64,000 nt of DNA, taken from NCBI GenBank assembly GCA_015065105.1, contig SVQZ01000001.1, positions 40,996-104,995 of the forward strand, read 5' to 3'. The notes under the pieces are model-generated. The model did not search any database and was not told the DNA's origin. It saw nothing but the letters and a program-made list of their open reading frames with translations. Below are positions 19,174 through 28,597 of this stretch, one piece after another. The stretch's first letter is position 1, and every line of letters begins with the position of its first letter. Origin of the DNA: Oscillospiraceae bacterium. GTDB taxonomy: Bacteria; Bacillota; Clostridia; Oscillospirales; CAG-272. A program made the translations under genes and the position numbers.

Positions 19174-20048
19174 AAAAAATAATTACAGCAATACTTTGCT
19201 TTATACTGATGCTTGATCTTACGTCCTGTATCACTATTGTAAAAAAGGATAAAACGATTCCTCTTGATCTCAAAGATGCAAAAAAGGTTGACGAAACCGT
19301 AAATGAAGACGATATGGATACCGACAACCAAACGGAAGAGAAAAAGGACGATAAAAAGGAAGAGGCATCACAGTCCGATGAAAAGGACGAAACTCCTTCC
19401 GCGGAAGTTAAGAACGGAAAGCTTGCAGGACTCAAGATCTGCGTTGACCCGGGACACGGTGATTTTACAGAAAGCATAAAGGAGCCTATCGCTCCCGGCT
19501 CGTCACAGATGAAAGCGGCTTTTGTAAGCGGTACTTCAGGTTCTTATCAGACCGAAGCCGAATTTAACCTTAAGGTAGGTCTTCTTTTAAAGGAAATGCT
19601 TGAAGCCGAGGGCGCTATAGTTTATATGACACGTACCGGCTCAAAGGCGGAGCTCAGTAATGTTGGCAGAGCAGAGCTTGCAAATGATAACGGCTGTGAT
19701 CTTGCTGTCAGAATACACGCTGACGGGTCGGAAAACACCTCTGTTTCCGGTATAAGCATGCTTGTTCCCGGCGCAGGACTTTATATTACCGATACTCTTT
19801 TAATATCTGAATCCACAGCGATAGGCCAGGCTGTTCTCAATGCTGTGCTTGAAAAGACGGGAGCAGAAAACCGCGGTATCATACCGAGGACTGACCTTAC
19901 AGGCTTTAACTGGTCAACCGTTCCTTCGATCCTTATCGAATGCGGATTTATGTCTAACCCTTCTGATGATGCCAAGCTTGCCGATCCCGAATATCAAAAA
20001 AAGATAGCCGAGGGTATTCTCGAAGGCTTGATCGAATATTATAATTAA
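19170..20048 (+). CDS. N-acetylmuramoyl-L-alanine amidase (Amidase_3), lipoprotein
   Basis: Lipobox LTSC; acidic linker; VDPGHG, EAEFN, RIHAD, LIECGFMSN. Confidence 0.9.
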   Translation: MKKIITAILCFILMLDLTSCITIVKKDKTIPLDLKDAKKVDETVNEDDMDTDNQTEEKKDDKKEEASQSDEKDETPSAEVKNGKLAGLKICVDPGHGDFTESIKEPIAPGSSQMKAAFVSGTSGSYQTEAEFNLKVGLLLKEMLEAEGAIVYMTRTGSKAELSNVGRAELANDNGCDLAVRIHADGSENTSVSGISMLVPGAGLYITDTLLISESTAIGQAVLNAVLEKTGAENRGIIPRTDLTGFNWSTVPSILIECGFMSNPSDDAKLADPEYQKKIAEGILEGLIEYYN

Positions 20049-20127
20049 TATAACAGCAAATGCTGTTATATTTTTTTATTATTTTTAATATAATGATATA
20101 CAATTTATTTTTAAAGGGGAAGCAGAT

Positions 20128-20385
20128 ATGGGTTGTTGTATAAACGATCTTCGTGATAAAGAAGTTATTAACGTTAATGACGGCAGAAAGTTCGGCTGTG
20201 TTATCGACGTTGAGATAGATACCTGCAGCGGAAGGCTTCTGGCGATAATCGTTCCCGGGGAATCTAAAGGTCTATTCTTTTCAAGAGCGGACGATATCAG
20301 GATACCATGGGATAAGATAGTGCGTATAGGAGACGATACAATACTTATTAACGTACAATGCAGGCTGACAAAAGAGGGCGGATAA
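20128..20385 (+). CDS. ylmC: YlmC/YmxH family sporulation PRC-barrel protein
   Basis: DLRDKEVINVNDG..G.V.DVEID...IPWDKIVRIGDDTILI. Confidence 0.9.
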   Translation: MGCCINDLRDKEVINVNDGRKFGCVIDVEIDTCSGRLLAIIVPGESKGLFFSRADDIRIPWDKIVRIGDDTILINVQCRLTKEGG

Positions 20386-20473
20386 TGTAAATATTTTGTG
20401 AATATCTCTCTTTTGTGAAAAAAGTTCTTGAAATATTATTTTAAATGTGATATTATATTTGGGCTTATGAATT

Positions 20474-20545
20474 CACACACAGAATTGACTTTCGGTGTAC
20501 CTATGGTATTACGGCATTCTGTGGTGGAAATAACCGAAGGAGGAC
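20474..20545 (+). promoter_or_regulatory. rpsB 5' leader (probable S2 autoregulatory RNA)
   Basis: CACACACAGAAT...ATTCTGTG and TTCGGT...ACCGAA pairings between a TTGAAA-N17-TATTAT promoter (20428-20456) and the rpsB RBS. Confidence 0.6.
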
Positions 20546-20552
20546 ATTAAAA

Positions 20553-21290
20553 ATGTCAGTAATTACTATTAAGCAACTGCTTGAAGCAGGCGTCCATTTC
20601 GGACATCACACAAGAAGATGGAACCCCAAGATGGCAGAGTACATCTTCACAGAAAGAAACGGCATCTACATCATCGACCTTCAGAAGACTGTTAAGAAGT
20701 TTGAAGAAGCTTACATGTTTGTACGTGACCTCTCCGTTCAGGGCGGTAATATGCTCTTCGTTGGTACAAAGAAGCAGGCAGCTGACGCTATTAAGGAAGA
20801 AGCTACCAGATGCGGTATGTACTATGTAAACGAAAGATGGCCCGGCGGTATGCTCACCAACTACAAGACCATTAAGAAGAGCATCGCTCGTCTTAACGAC
20901 CTTGAAAAGATGGCTGAGGACGGCACTCTTGATCTTCTCACCAAGAAGGAAGCTGCAAAGCTCATGAAGGAAAAGGCTGACCTCGAGAGAAACTACGGCG
21001 GTATCAAGGAAATGCCCGGTCTTCCCGATGCTATCTTTATAGTTGACCCCCGCAAGGAAAGAAACGCAGTTTTAGAAGCTAAGAAGCTCGGTATTCCCGT
21101 TGTTGCAATCATCGACACAAACTGTGACCCCGATGATGCTGACTATGTTATCCCCGGTAACGATGACGCTATCCGCGCTATCAAGCTCATCTCCTCCGTT
21201 CTTGCTGATGCAATGATCGAGGGTAAGCAGGGTGAAGCTTTCGCTGCAGAGGAAGATGCTGCAGTTGAGGCTGAAGAAGCTGCTGAATAA
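20553..21290 (+). CDS. rpsB: 30S ribosomal protein S2
   Basis: [28 protein letters not shown]. Confidence 0.98.
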   Translation: MSVITIKQLLEAGVHFGHHTRRWNPKMAEYIFTERNGIYIIDLQKTVKKFEEAYMFVRDLSVQGGNMLFVGTKKQAADAIKEEATRCGMYYVNERWPGGMLTNYKTIKKSIARLNDLEKMAEDGTLDLLTKKEAAKLMKEKADLERNYGGIKEMPGLPDAIFIVDPRKERNAVLEAKKLGIPVVAIIDTNCDPDDADYVIPGNDDAIRAIKLISSVLADAMIEGKQGEAFAAEEDAAVEAEEAAE

Positions 21291-21334
21291 TTTAAATTGA
21301 ATTTGAAATTAACCAAATACAGGAGGACATAAAA

Positions 21335-22264
21335 ATGGCTGCTATTACAGCAAAAGACGTAGCTGCTCTCAGAGCTCAGACAGGCTGCGGTATGATGGAT
21401 TGTAAGAAGGCTCTCGTTGAGACCGACGGTAACTTCGACGAGGCCGTAAAGGTTCTTCGTGAGAAGGGTCTTGCAAAGGCTGATGCTAAGCAGAGCAGAA
21501 TTGCTGCTGAAGGTATCGTTGATATTTATTCCTGCGATTGCTGCGGTCTCACCGCAATGATCGAGGTTAACACCGAGACAGACTTCGTTGCAAAGAACGA
21601 CGGCTTCAAGGCTTTCGTTAAGAATCTTCTTAAGACTATCCTTAAGAATAAGCCCGCTGATGTTGAAGCACTCCTCGCTTGCAATTGTGAGGGTGTTGAC
21701 ACCACCGTTGAGGCTGAGCTTAAGAATCAGACCTTCGTTATCGGTGAGAAGATCAGCATCCGCCGTTTCGTAATCGTTGAGGGTACAGTTGCTACCTACA
21801 TTCACGGTGCAGGCGCTGCAGGTGTTATCGTTAAGTTCGAGGCTGATGACGCTGTTAAGGCTCACGCAAACTTCGCAGAAGTAACAAAGAACATCGCTCT
21901 TCAGGCTGCTGCTATGAACTGCCTCTACACCACACGTGAGGACGTTCCCCAGAGCGTACTTGATGAAGAGAAGGCTATTCTTCTTGCTCAGATCGCAAAC
22001 GATCCCAAGAACGCTAACAAGCCCGACGCAATCAAGGAAAAGATGGTTCTCGGTAGAATCAATAAGTACTACGAGACCAACTGTCTCGCTGAGCAGACCT
22101 ACGTTAAGGATGAAGACCTCACCGTAACCAAGTATCTCGCTAACGAGGCTAAGGTTATGGGCGGCGAGCTCAAGCTCGTTTCCTTCGTACGTTACGAAAA
22201 GGGCGAAGGCCTTGAAAAGAGAGAAGACAATTTCGCTGAAGAAATTGCAAACATGATCAAGTAA
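21335..22264 (+). CDS. tsf: elongation factor Ts
   Basis: LRAQTGCGMMDCKKAL, EVNTETDFVAKN. Confidence 0.98.
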   Translation: MAAITAKDVAALRAQTGCGMMDCKKALVETDGNFDEAVKVLREKGLAKADAKQSRIAAEGIVDIYSCDCCGLTAMIEVNTETDFVAKNDGFKAFVKNLLKTILKNKPADVEALLACNCEGVDTTVEAELKNQTFVIGEKISIRRFVIVEGTVATYIHGAGAAGVIVKFEADDAVKAHANFAEVTKNIALQAAAMNCLYTTREDVPQSVLDEEKAILLAQIANDPKNANKPDAIKEKMVLGRINKYYETNCLAEQTYVKDEDLTVTKYLANEAKVMGGELKLVSFVRYEKGEGLEKREDNFAEEIANMIK

Positions 22265-22274
22265 TAAATCTTTT

Positions 22275-22308
22275 ATAACTGCTGTTGAAAAACAGCAGTT
22301 ATTTTTTT
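22275..22308 (+). terminator. intrinsic terminator after tsf
   Basis: ATAACTGCTGTT-GAAA-AACAGCAGTTAT plus T-tract. Confidence 0.85.
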
Positions 22309-22393
22309 ATAAAATTTGTATTTCCTATTTACAAAACTGATATTTTATAGTAAAATATATGATGAAATATATTTAACCGGAGGAGATCTTAAA

Positions 22394-23122
22394 ATGAGTG
22401 ATACTTTTAATAAACCGGTATATAAGAGAATACTTTTAAAGCTTTCCGGAGAGGCATTGGCAGCAGGCTCTGACGGTATTCTGAACTTCGATTTCGTAAA
22501 CGAGGTATGTGCTACCGTTAAGGAATGTGTTGAGGCAGGAACAGAGGTTGCTATCGTAGTAGGCGCGGGTAATATCTGGCGCGGCAGACAGGGCGGATAT
22601 ATGGACCGTAACCGTGCAGACCATATGGGTATGCTTGCTACAACGATCAACTCCCTTGCACTTCAGGATACACTTATTAATTTGGGTGTTGATGCACGAG
22701 TTCTTACCGCTGTCGAGATGAAGCAGTTTGCAGAGGTATATACCAATGCTTCCGCTCGCCGTCACCTTGCCAAGGGCAGAGTGGTTATATTCGGATGCGG
22801 TATAGGAAGTCCCTTCTTCTCTACCGATACTACAGCAGCTCTTCGTGCGGCTGAGATCGGTGCAGACGTTATCCTTATGGCAAAGAATATCGACGGTGTT
22901 TATACCGCAGACCCCAAGGTCGATCCCAGCGCAGTTCGTCTTGACGAGATAACATATTCTGAGATCCTTGCAAAGGGCTTAAAGGTTATCGACACAACAG
23001 CGGCAAGCTTCTGCATGGAAAATAACATCCCCTTGTTTGTGTTCGGTCTTGACAAAGCTGAAAATATTAAAAGAGCCGTTATGGGCGAAAATATAGGAAC
23101 TATTGTAAAGGCAGGTAAATAA
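22394..23122 (+). CDS. pyrH: UMP kinase
   Basis: RILLKLSGEAL, GAGNIWRG, DHMGMLAT, PFFSTDT; ATG after GGAGGAG. Confidence 0.97.
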   Translation: MSDTFNKPVYKRILLKLSGEALAAGSDGILNFDFVNEVCATVKECVEAGTEVAIVVGAGNIWRGRQGGYMDRNRADHMGMLATTINSLALQDTLINLGVDARVLTAVEMKQFAEVYTNASARRHLAKGRVVIFGCGIGSPFFSTDTTAALRAAEIGADVILMAKNIDGVYTADPKVDPSAVRLDEITYSEILAKGLKVIDTTAASFCMENNIPLFVFGLDKAENIKRAVMGENIGTIVKAGK

Positions 23123-23123
23123 A

Positions 23124-23678
23124 ATGAAACTCGACGTTAAGGTTTATGAAGAAAAGATGAAAAAGAGTGTAGCAGGCTTTGAGCATGAGCTTACTACTAT
23201 CCGTGCAGGAAGAGCTAATGCGGCTGTTCTTGACAAGATCACCGTTGACTATTACGGCGCACCCACCCAGATCAACGCTATAGCAGAGGTTAAGGCTTCT
23301 GATGCGAGAACCCTCGTTATAAGCCCTTGGGACGCTTCCACTCTTAAGAATATCGAAAGGGCTATTTTAGCTTCCGATCTCGGACTTCAGCCTGTAAATG
23401 ACGGTAAGCTTATAAGACTTGCATTCCCTCAGCCTACAGAAGAAAAGAGAAAGCAGCTCACCAAGGATGTTTCAAGGATGACTGAGGACGCAAAGGTTGC
23501 TATCCGTAATATCCGCCGCGATGCTAACGATAAGTGCAAGGATATGAAGAAGGCGGGCGAAATGACCGAGGATGAGCAGAAGTCATCCGAAAAGACAGTT
23601 CAGGAGCTCACCGATAAGTATATCAAGGCTCTTGACGCTGTTGCTGATGCAAAGAACAAGGAGATCATGTCTATCTGA
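23124..23678 (+). CDS. frr: ribosome recycling factor
   Basis: IRAGRAN, VDYYG, AIRNIRRDAN. Confidence 0.97.
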   Translation: MKLDVKVYEEKMKKSVAGFEHELTTIRAGRANAAVLDKITVDYYGAPTQINAIAEVKASDARTLVISPWDASTLKNIERAILASDLGLQPVNDGKLIRLAFPQPTEEKRKQLTKDVSRMTEDAKVAIRNIRRDANDKCKDMKKAGEMTEDEQKSSEKTVQELTDKYIKALDAVADAKNKEIMSI

Positions 23679-23749
23679 CAAGAATAACAAGCTTACACAG
23701 TCACGCTCGAAAGGGCGTGGCTTTGTGAGCATTTATGGAGTTTTGAATT

Positions 23750-24475
23750 ATGGCATTGTTTAACAAGAAAAGTAAAGAAAATACCGAAGTCAAGGTTGAC
23801 GAGCGTCTTCAACATATCGCATTTATCATGGACGGTAACGGAAGATGGGCGAAGAAAAGAGGTATGCCCAGGGAATACGGTCATACCCAGGGTGCAAAGG
23901 TATTTAAGGAAATAACCGAATATTGCGGTGATATAGGAATCAACACAGTAACCGTTTATGCCTTTTCCACCGAAAACTGGAAGAGACCTAAGGCAGAGGT
24001 CGATGCTATTATGAAGCTTTTTATCGACTATATCTACGAGGCTCTTAACGTAATGATGAAGAAGGATATCTGTATAAAGTTTCTCGGCGACAAATCACCT
24101 CTTCCCGATAAAATGAAGGAGCTCATGACAGAGGTCGAGGAAGGATCAAAGAATAACAAAAAGCACCTTAATATTGCCATAAATTACGGCGGTAAGGACG
24201 AAATAGTTCATGCTGTTAATACCGCAATAGCTGAAGGTATTACAGAGATCACCGAAAAGGATATTGAGGACCGTTTATATACAAAAGGACAGATGATGCC
24301 CGATCTTATTTTTAGAACGGCAGGGGAACAGCGTCTTTCAAACTTCCTTATGTGGCAGAGTGCTTATTCAGAATTCTATTTCACCGATACTCTCTGGCCC
24401 GACCTTAAGCCCGAGCACATCGATGCCGCAGTTGAAAACTTCTATCAAAGACAGAGAAGATACGGAGGACTCTAA
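23750..24475 (+). CDS. uppS: undecaprenyl diphosphate synthase
   Basis: IMDGNGRWA, YAFSTENWKRP, RTAGEQRLSNFLMWQ. Confidence 0.97.
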   Translation: MALFNKKSKENTEVKVDERLQHIAFIMDGNGRWAKKRGMPREYGHTQGAKVFKEITEYCGDIGINTVTVYAFSTENWKRPKAEVDAIMKLFIDYIYEALNVMMKKDICIKFLGDKSPLPDKMKELMTEVEEGSKNNKKHLNIAINYGGKDEIVHAVNTAIAEGITEITEKDIEDRLYTKGQMMPDLIFRTAGEQRLSNFLMWQSAYSEFYFTDTLWPDLKPEHIDAAVENFYQRQRRYGGL

Positions 24476-24477
24476 TA

Positions 24478-25314
24478 ATGCTGACACGTACAATAAGCGG
24501 TGCCGTTATGGTAGCCTTGCTTATACCTTGCTTTATTTTTTCACATCTTATACTGCTTGAAGTAATTTTTGCTCTGCTTTGTCTTGCTGCTTGCTATGAA
24601 ATGCTCGGCTGTCTGGGCAAAGGTAACGCATGGTTTATCAGCATTCCCACATATGTTATCGCTTTGGGCTTACCCTTCTTTGTTCGTCAGATAGATACGG
24701 GAATTCCGATAAGCGAGCTTATTCTTGTTGTATTTATTGTATATATGTTCTACGTTCTGGGTGTTGCGGTATTCTCTCACGGCAAGCATACTCCCTCTGA
24801 TATAGGACTTCTTTTTACGATGATATTCTATATCATTTTCGGATTTACGTCATTTATTGCCATCAGATCGATAGACTCTAAGGGCGCCTTTCTTTATATT
24901 CTCGTTTTCATTTCCGCATGGATATCTGATACGGGTGCATATTTCACGGGTGTTCTTTTCGGCAAGCATAAGCTTATTCCCGACGTCAGCCCGAAAAAGA
25001 CTGTAGAGGGTGCTGTCGGAGGTCTATTCTTCTGTGTATTGGCGTTTTTACTTTACGGATTTATCCTCGGTAAATACTTTGATAGATCCCCCGACTACAT
25101 TATATTAGGTATCATGGGCTTCTTCCTTTCGCTTGTTTCGATGTGCGGTGACCTTATTGCATCCCTTATAAAGCGTCAGTTTAAAGTTAAGGATTACGGT
25201 AATCTTATTCCGGGACACGGCGGTATAATGGACAGATTCGATTCAACAATTGCCACCTCCTCGGTATTATTCGTTCTTTTAAACATACCCTATATCGTAC
25301 AGAATATAATTTAA
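24478..25314 (+). CDS. cdsA: phosphatidate cytidylyltransferase
   Basis: SDTGAYF, SPKKTVEG, KDYGNLIPGHGGIMDRFDS. Confidence 0.96.
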   Translation: MLTRTISGAVMVALLIPCFIFSHLILLEVIFALLCLAACYEMLGCLGKGNAWFISIPTYVIALGLPFFVRQIDTGIPISELILVVFIVYMFYVLGVAVFSHGKHTPSDIGLLFTMIFYIIFGFTSFIAIRSIDSKGAFLYILVFISAWISDTGAYFTGVLFGKHKLIPDVSPKKTVEGAVGGLFFCVLAFLLYGFILGKYFDRSPDYIILGIMGFFLSLVSMCGDLIASLIKRQFKVKDYGNLIPGHGGIMDRFDSTIATSSVLFVLLNIPYIVQNII

Positions 25315-25323
25315 GGTAACTAT

Positions 25324-26484
25324 ATGAAAACAATATACGAAAAATCTATTACGGTGCTTGGCTCAACGGGTTCTGTAGGAACTCAGGCACTTGACGTTGC
25401 AAGAAGTCACAATATTAAGGTTGATGCAATCAGCGGTGCAAGAAGCGTTTCAAAGCTTGAAGAGCAAATAAGAGAATTTAAGCCAAATGTATGTGCGGTT
25501 CTGTTTGAGGATGCCGCAAAGGATCTTAAGTTAAGAGTTGCAGATACAGGCTGTAAGGTGATCTCAGGCAAGGATGCTATTGTAGATACAGCAGGTGCAG
25601 GGAAGAGCGACAGCGTTATAAATTCAATTACCGGTGAGGCAGGACTTGCTCCTTCCATAGCAGTAATCGAATCGGGCGTCACACTATCCCTTGCCAATAA
25701 GGAGACTATTGTTTGTGCAGGCGAGATAGTAAATAGACTTGCGAAGAAAAACAAAGTAAGGATCCTTCCTGTTGACAGCGAGCATTCCGCCATTTTCCAA
25801 TGTATCGCAAACAGCCGTCATGAGGATATAAAATCTCTATGGCTGACTGCATCCGGCGGCCCCTTCTACGGTAAAACAAGAGAGGATCTTTCGGGTATTA
25901 CCCCTGAAATGGCATTAGCTCATCCCACATGGAAGATGGGTCCCAAGATAACCGTTGACAGCGCAACTCTGATGAACAAAGGCTTTGAGGTTATAGAGGC
26001 GAGGTATCTATTTGACGTTACCGGTGACAAGATAAAGGTTGTTGTGCATCCTGAAAGCATAGTTCATTCTATGGTAGAATATATTGATAATGCGGTCATT
26101 GCACAGCTTAGCTGTCCCGATATGCGTTTATGCGTTCAGTATGCGCTTTCATATCCCAACCGCTGTGAGGGTACCCTCAAGCCTCTTGATCTTACCGAAA
26201 TATCGGCTCTTACATTCAAAAAGCCCGATTATGACACCTTCAAATTATTAAAATTAGCGTATCGTGTTCTTGAAAAGGGCGGTAATTTAGGTGCAGCTCT
26301 CAACGGCGCCAACGAAAGAGCCGTTGCACTATTCTTTGAAAAAAAGATCTCCTTTACCGATATCATGGACCTTGTATGGGAGGCTGTTGACAAAACAGAA
26401 TACATAAAGGATCCCGATCTTGAGGATATTTATAATACCGATATTCAAAGCCGCAGCATGGTTGACAGGCTTTTAAGGAGCTGA
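25324..26484 (+). CDS. dxr: 1-deoxy-D-xylulose-5-phosphate reductoisomerase
   Basis: LGSTGSVG, LANKE, LPVDSEHSAIFQ, HPTWKMGPKITVDSATLMNKG. Confidence 0.97.
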   Translation: MKTIYEKSITVLGSTGSVGTQALDVARSHNIKVDAISGARSVSKLEEQIREFKPNVCAVLFEDAAKDLKLRVADTGCKVISGKDAIVDTAGAGKSDSVINSITGEAGLAPSIAVIESGVTLSLANKETIVCAGEIVNRLAKKNKVRILPVDSEHSAIFQCIANSRHEDIKSLWLTASGGPFYGKTREDLSGITPEMALAHPTWKMGPKITVDSATLMNKGFEVIEARYLFDVTGDKIKVVVHPESIVHSMVEYIDNAVIAQLSCPDMRLCVQYALSYPNRCEGTLKPLDLTEISALTFKKPDYDTFKLLKLAYRVLEKGGNLGAALNGANERAVALFFEKKISFTDIMDLVWEAVDKTEYIKDPDLEDIYNTDIQSRSMVDRLLRS

Positions 26485-26489
26485 TATTA

Positions 26490-27512
26490 ATTTATATTCT
26501 TATAGCGATACTCATTTTTTGTACTCTTATTCTTTTGCATGAGCTCGGCCATTATATATTTGCAAGAATATTTAAGGTCGAAATTAAGGAATTTTCTGTT
26601 GGAATGGGGCCGAAGCTTGTTTCCAAAAGGTCAGAAAAAACAGGAATTCTCTATTCACTGAGGCTTTTGCCTATCGGCGGTTACGTTGCAATGGTGGGAG
26701 AGGACGAAGAATCGGATAATCCCAATGCTTTTTGTAACAAAAAGGTATGGCAAAGAATAATAATTTCCGCGGCAGGCTCTGCTGTTAATATTGCTGCGGG
26801 TGTAATACTTATGCTTTGCTTTATTCTTGCATCGAGCGCCATAGGTTCTACCGTGATAGCCGAGTTCAACGAAAATGCTATATCATCTTCCTGCGGTCTT
26901 GAGCTCGGAGACAGAATTATTGAGATCAACGGTAAAAAAACACCTATTTGGAATAACGTAATTTACGAGATCAGCCGTGACGGAACAGAACCGATGGACT
27001 TTTTGGTTGTCCGTGACGGTGAGAAAACATTTATAGAGGACGTCAGATTCGGAATTGAGTCGGAGGACGGTATCGACTACGGTGAGCTTGATTTCAAAGT
27101 GAAAAGGGAAGAGAAAAGCTTTGTAAACGTTATAAAGCACACCCTTCACGGCTCACTTTTAACTGTAAGAATGATATGGGAATCGCTTTTCGATCTTATA
27201 AGCGGCAGAATAGGATTCGAATCGGTAAGCGGACCTGTAGGAGTAACTACTACTATCGGAAACGCCGCAAAAACGGGACTTTACTCTCTGTTATATCTTT
27301 GCTCTATAATCGCGATGAATTTAGGTATATTTAATCTTTTACCCCTTCCCGCCCTTGACGGCGGACGTATATTCTTCCAGCTTATTGAGCTTATCAGAGG
27401 AAGACCCGTCAACAGAAAATACGAAGGCATGATACACCTTGCAGGTATATTGTTACTGCTTTTGTTTATGCTTTTAATAACAATCAAAGATATAAACGGT
27501 TTAATTAATTAA
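26490..27512 (+). CDS. rseP: RIP metalloprotease RseP (start probably non-canonical, ~26484-26490)
   Basis: HELGH, PDZ domain, NLLPLPALDGG; the frame upstream of TTG 26535 encodes the first TM helix IYILIAILIFCTLILL behind AAGGAG at 26475. Confidence 0.92.
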   Translation: MYILIAILIFCTLILLHELGHYIFARIFKVEIKEFSVGMGPKLVSKRSEKTGILYSLRLLPIGGYVAMVGEDEESDNPNAFCNKKVWQRIIISAAGSAVNIAAGVILMLCFILASSAIGSTVIAEFNENAISSSCGLELGDRIIEINGKKTPIWNNVIYEISRDGTEPMDFLVVRDGEKTFIEDVRFGIESEDGIDYGELDFKVKREEKSFVNVIKHTLHGSLLTVRMIWESLFDLISGRIGFESVSGPVGVTTTIGNAAKTGLYSLLYLCSIIAMNLGIFNLLPLPALDGGRIFFQLIELIRGRPVNRKYEGMIHLAGILLLLLFMLLITIKDINGLIN

Positions 27513-28585
27513 TGATCATGAATAATAAAAGAGTTTCAAGAAAAATAAAAATAGGAAATACGTTCATCGGCGCAGATGCACCGGTTTCGGTTCAGTCGAT
27601 GACAAATACCGACACCTGTGATATAGACGCAACATATAAGCAGGTTAAGGCTCTGCAGGACAGAGGCTGTGATATCGTTAGACTTACCGTTCCGACTCCT
27701 GAGGCGGCAAGGACCTTTTATAAGCTTAAGGAAATGGGTATAACTATCCCCATGGTAGCCGATATCCATTTTAATTATAAATGTGCCGTTGCAGCAGCGG
27801 AAAACGGAGCAGATAAAATAAGAATAAACCCCGGCAACATCGGTACTGACGATAAGATCAAAGAAGTAGTAAGAGCTTGTAATCTTAAGAACATTCCTAT
27901 AAGAGTAGGCGTAAATTCCGGTTCTCTCGATAAGGAGATATTGAAGAAATACGGCCATGTATGCGCTGAAGCTCTTTCCGAAAGCCTTCTTAAGTCTGCG
28001 GCAATACTTGAAAGATTTGATTTTAACAACATTGTGCTTGCTATAAAGTCTTCAGACCCCCGAATCATGATAGATGCAAACCGCAAGGTATCAACAATGT
28101 GCGACTATCCTCTCCATCTCGGTGTAACAGAAGCGGGCAGTATGAGAATGGGAGTAATGAAATCCGCTCTCGGCATAGGTACTCTTTTGACCGAAGGTAT
28201 CGGTGATACGATCAGAGTTTCTCTTACCGCCGATCCCGTTTATGAGATAGATTGGGGTATCGAAATACTTGAAGCCGCAGGACTACGTGAAAAAAGCGGT
28301 ATTGAAATAGTTTCCTGTCCTACCTGCGGAAGAACAAAGATAGATCTTATCGGTCTTGTAAACGAGTTTGAGGACAGAATGACAAAGGAAATAAAGGTAA
28401 CAAAGCCTATCAAGGTTGCCATCATGGGATGTGTGGTAAACGGTCCCGGCGAAGCAAAAGAGGCTGATATCGGTATTGCAGGCGGTATCGGTGAGGCTTT
28501 GCTTTTCAAAAAGGGCGAGATCGTAAAGAAATTGCCTGAAGAGGGTATTATCAGCGCGCTGATAGACGAAATTAACAGAATGTAG
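27512..28585 (+). CDS. ispG: 4-hydroxy-3-methylbut-2-en-1-yl diphosphate synthase
   Basis: VQSMTNT, ADIHF, RINPGNIG, SCPTCGR, MGCVVNGPGEA. Confidence 0.97.
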   Translation: MIMNNKRVSRKIKIGNTFIGADAPVSVQSMTNTDTCDIDATYKQVKALQDRGCDIVRLTVPTPEAARTFYKLKEMGITIPMVADIHFNYKCAVAAAENGADKIRINPGNIGTDDKIKEVVRACNLKNIPIRVGVNSGSLDKEILKKYGHVCAEALSESLLKSAAILERFDFNNIVLAIKSSDPRIMIDANRKVSTMCDYPLHLGVTEAGSMRMGVMKSALGIGTLLTEGIGDTIRVSLTADPVYEIDWGIEILEAAGLREKSGIEIVSCPTCGRTKIDLIGLVNEFEDRMTKEIKVTKPIKVAIMGCVVNGPGEAKEADIGIAGGIGEALLFKKGEIVKKLPEEGIISALIDEINRM

Positions 28586-28597
28586 AAGGAAAATAAA

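Noticed and set aside
21525-21550. Cys cluster (SCDCC) in EF-Ts as a metal site
   Set aside because: Lies in a variable loop; conservation cannot be assessed from this sequence alone
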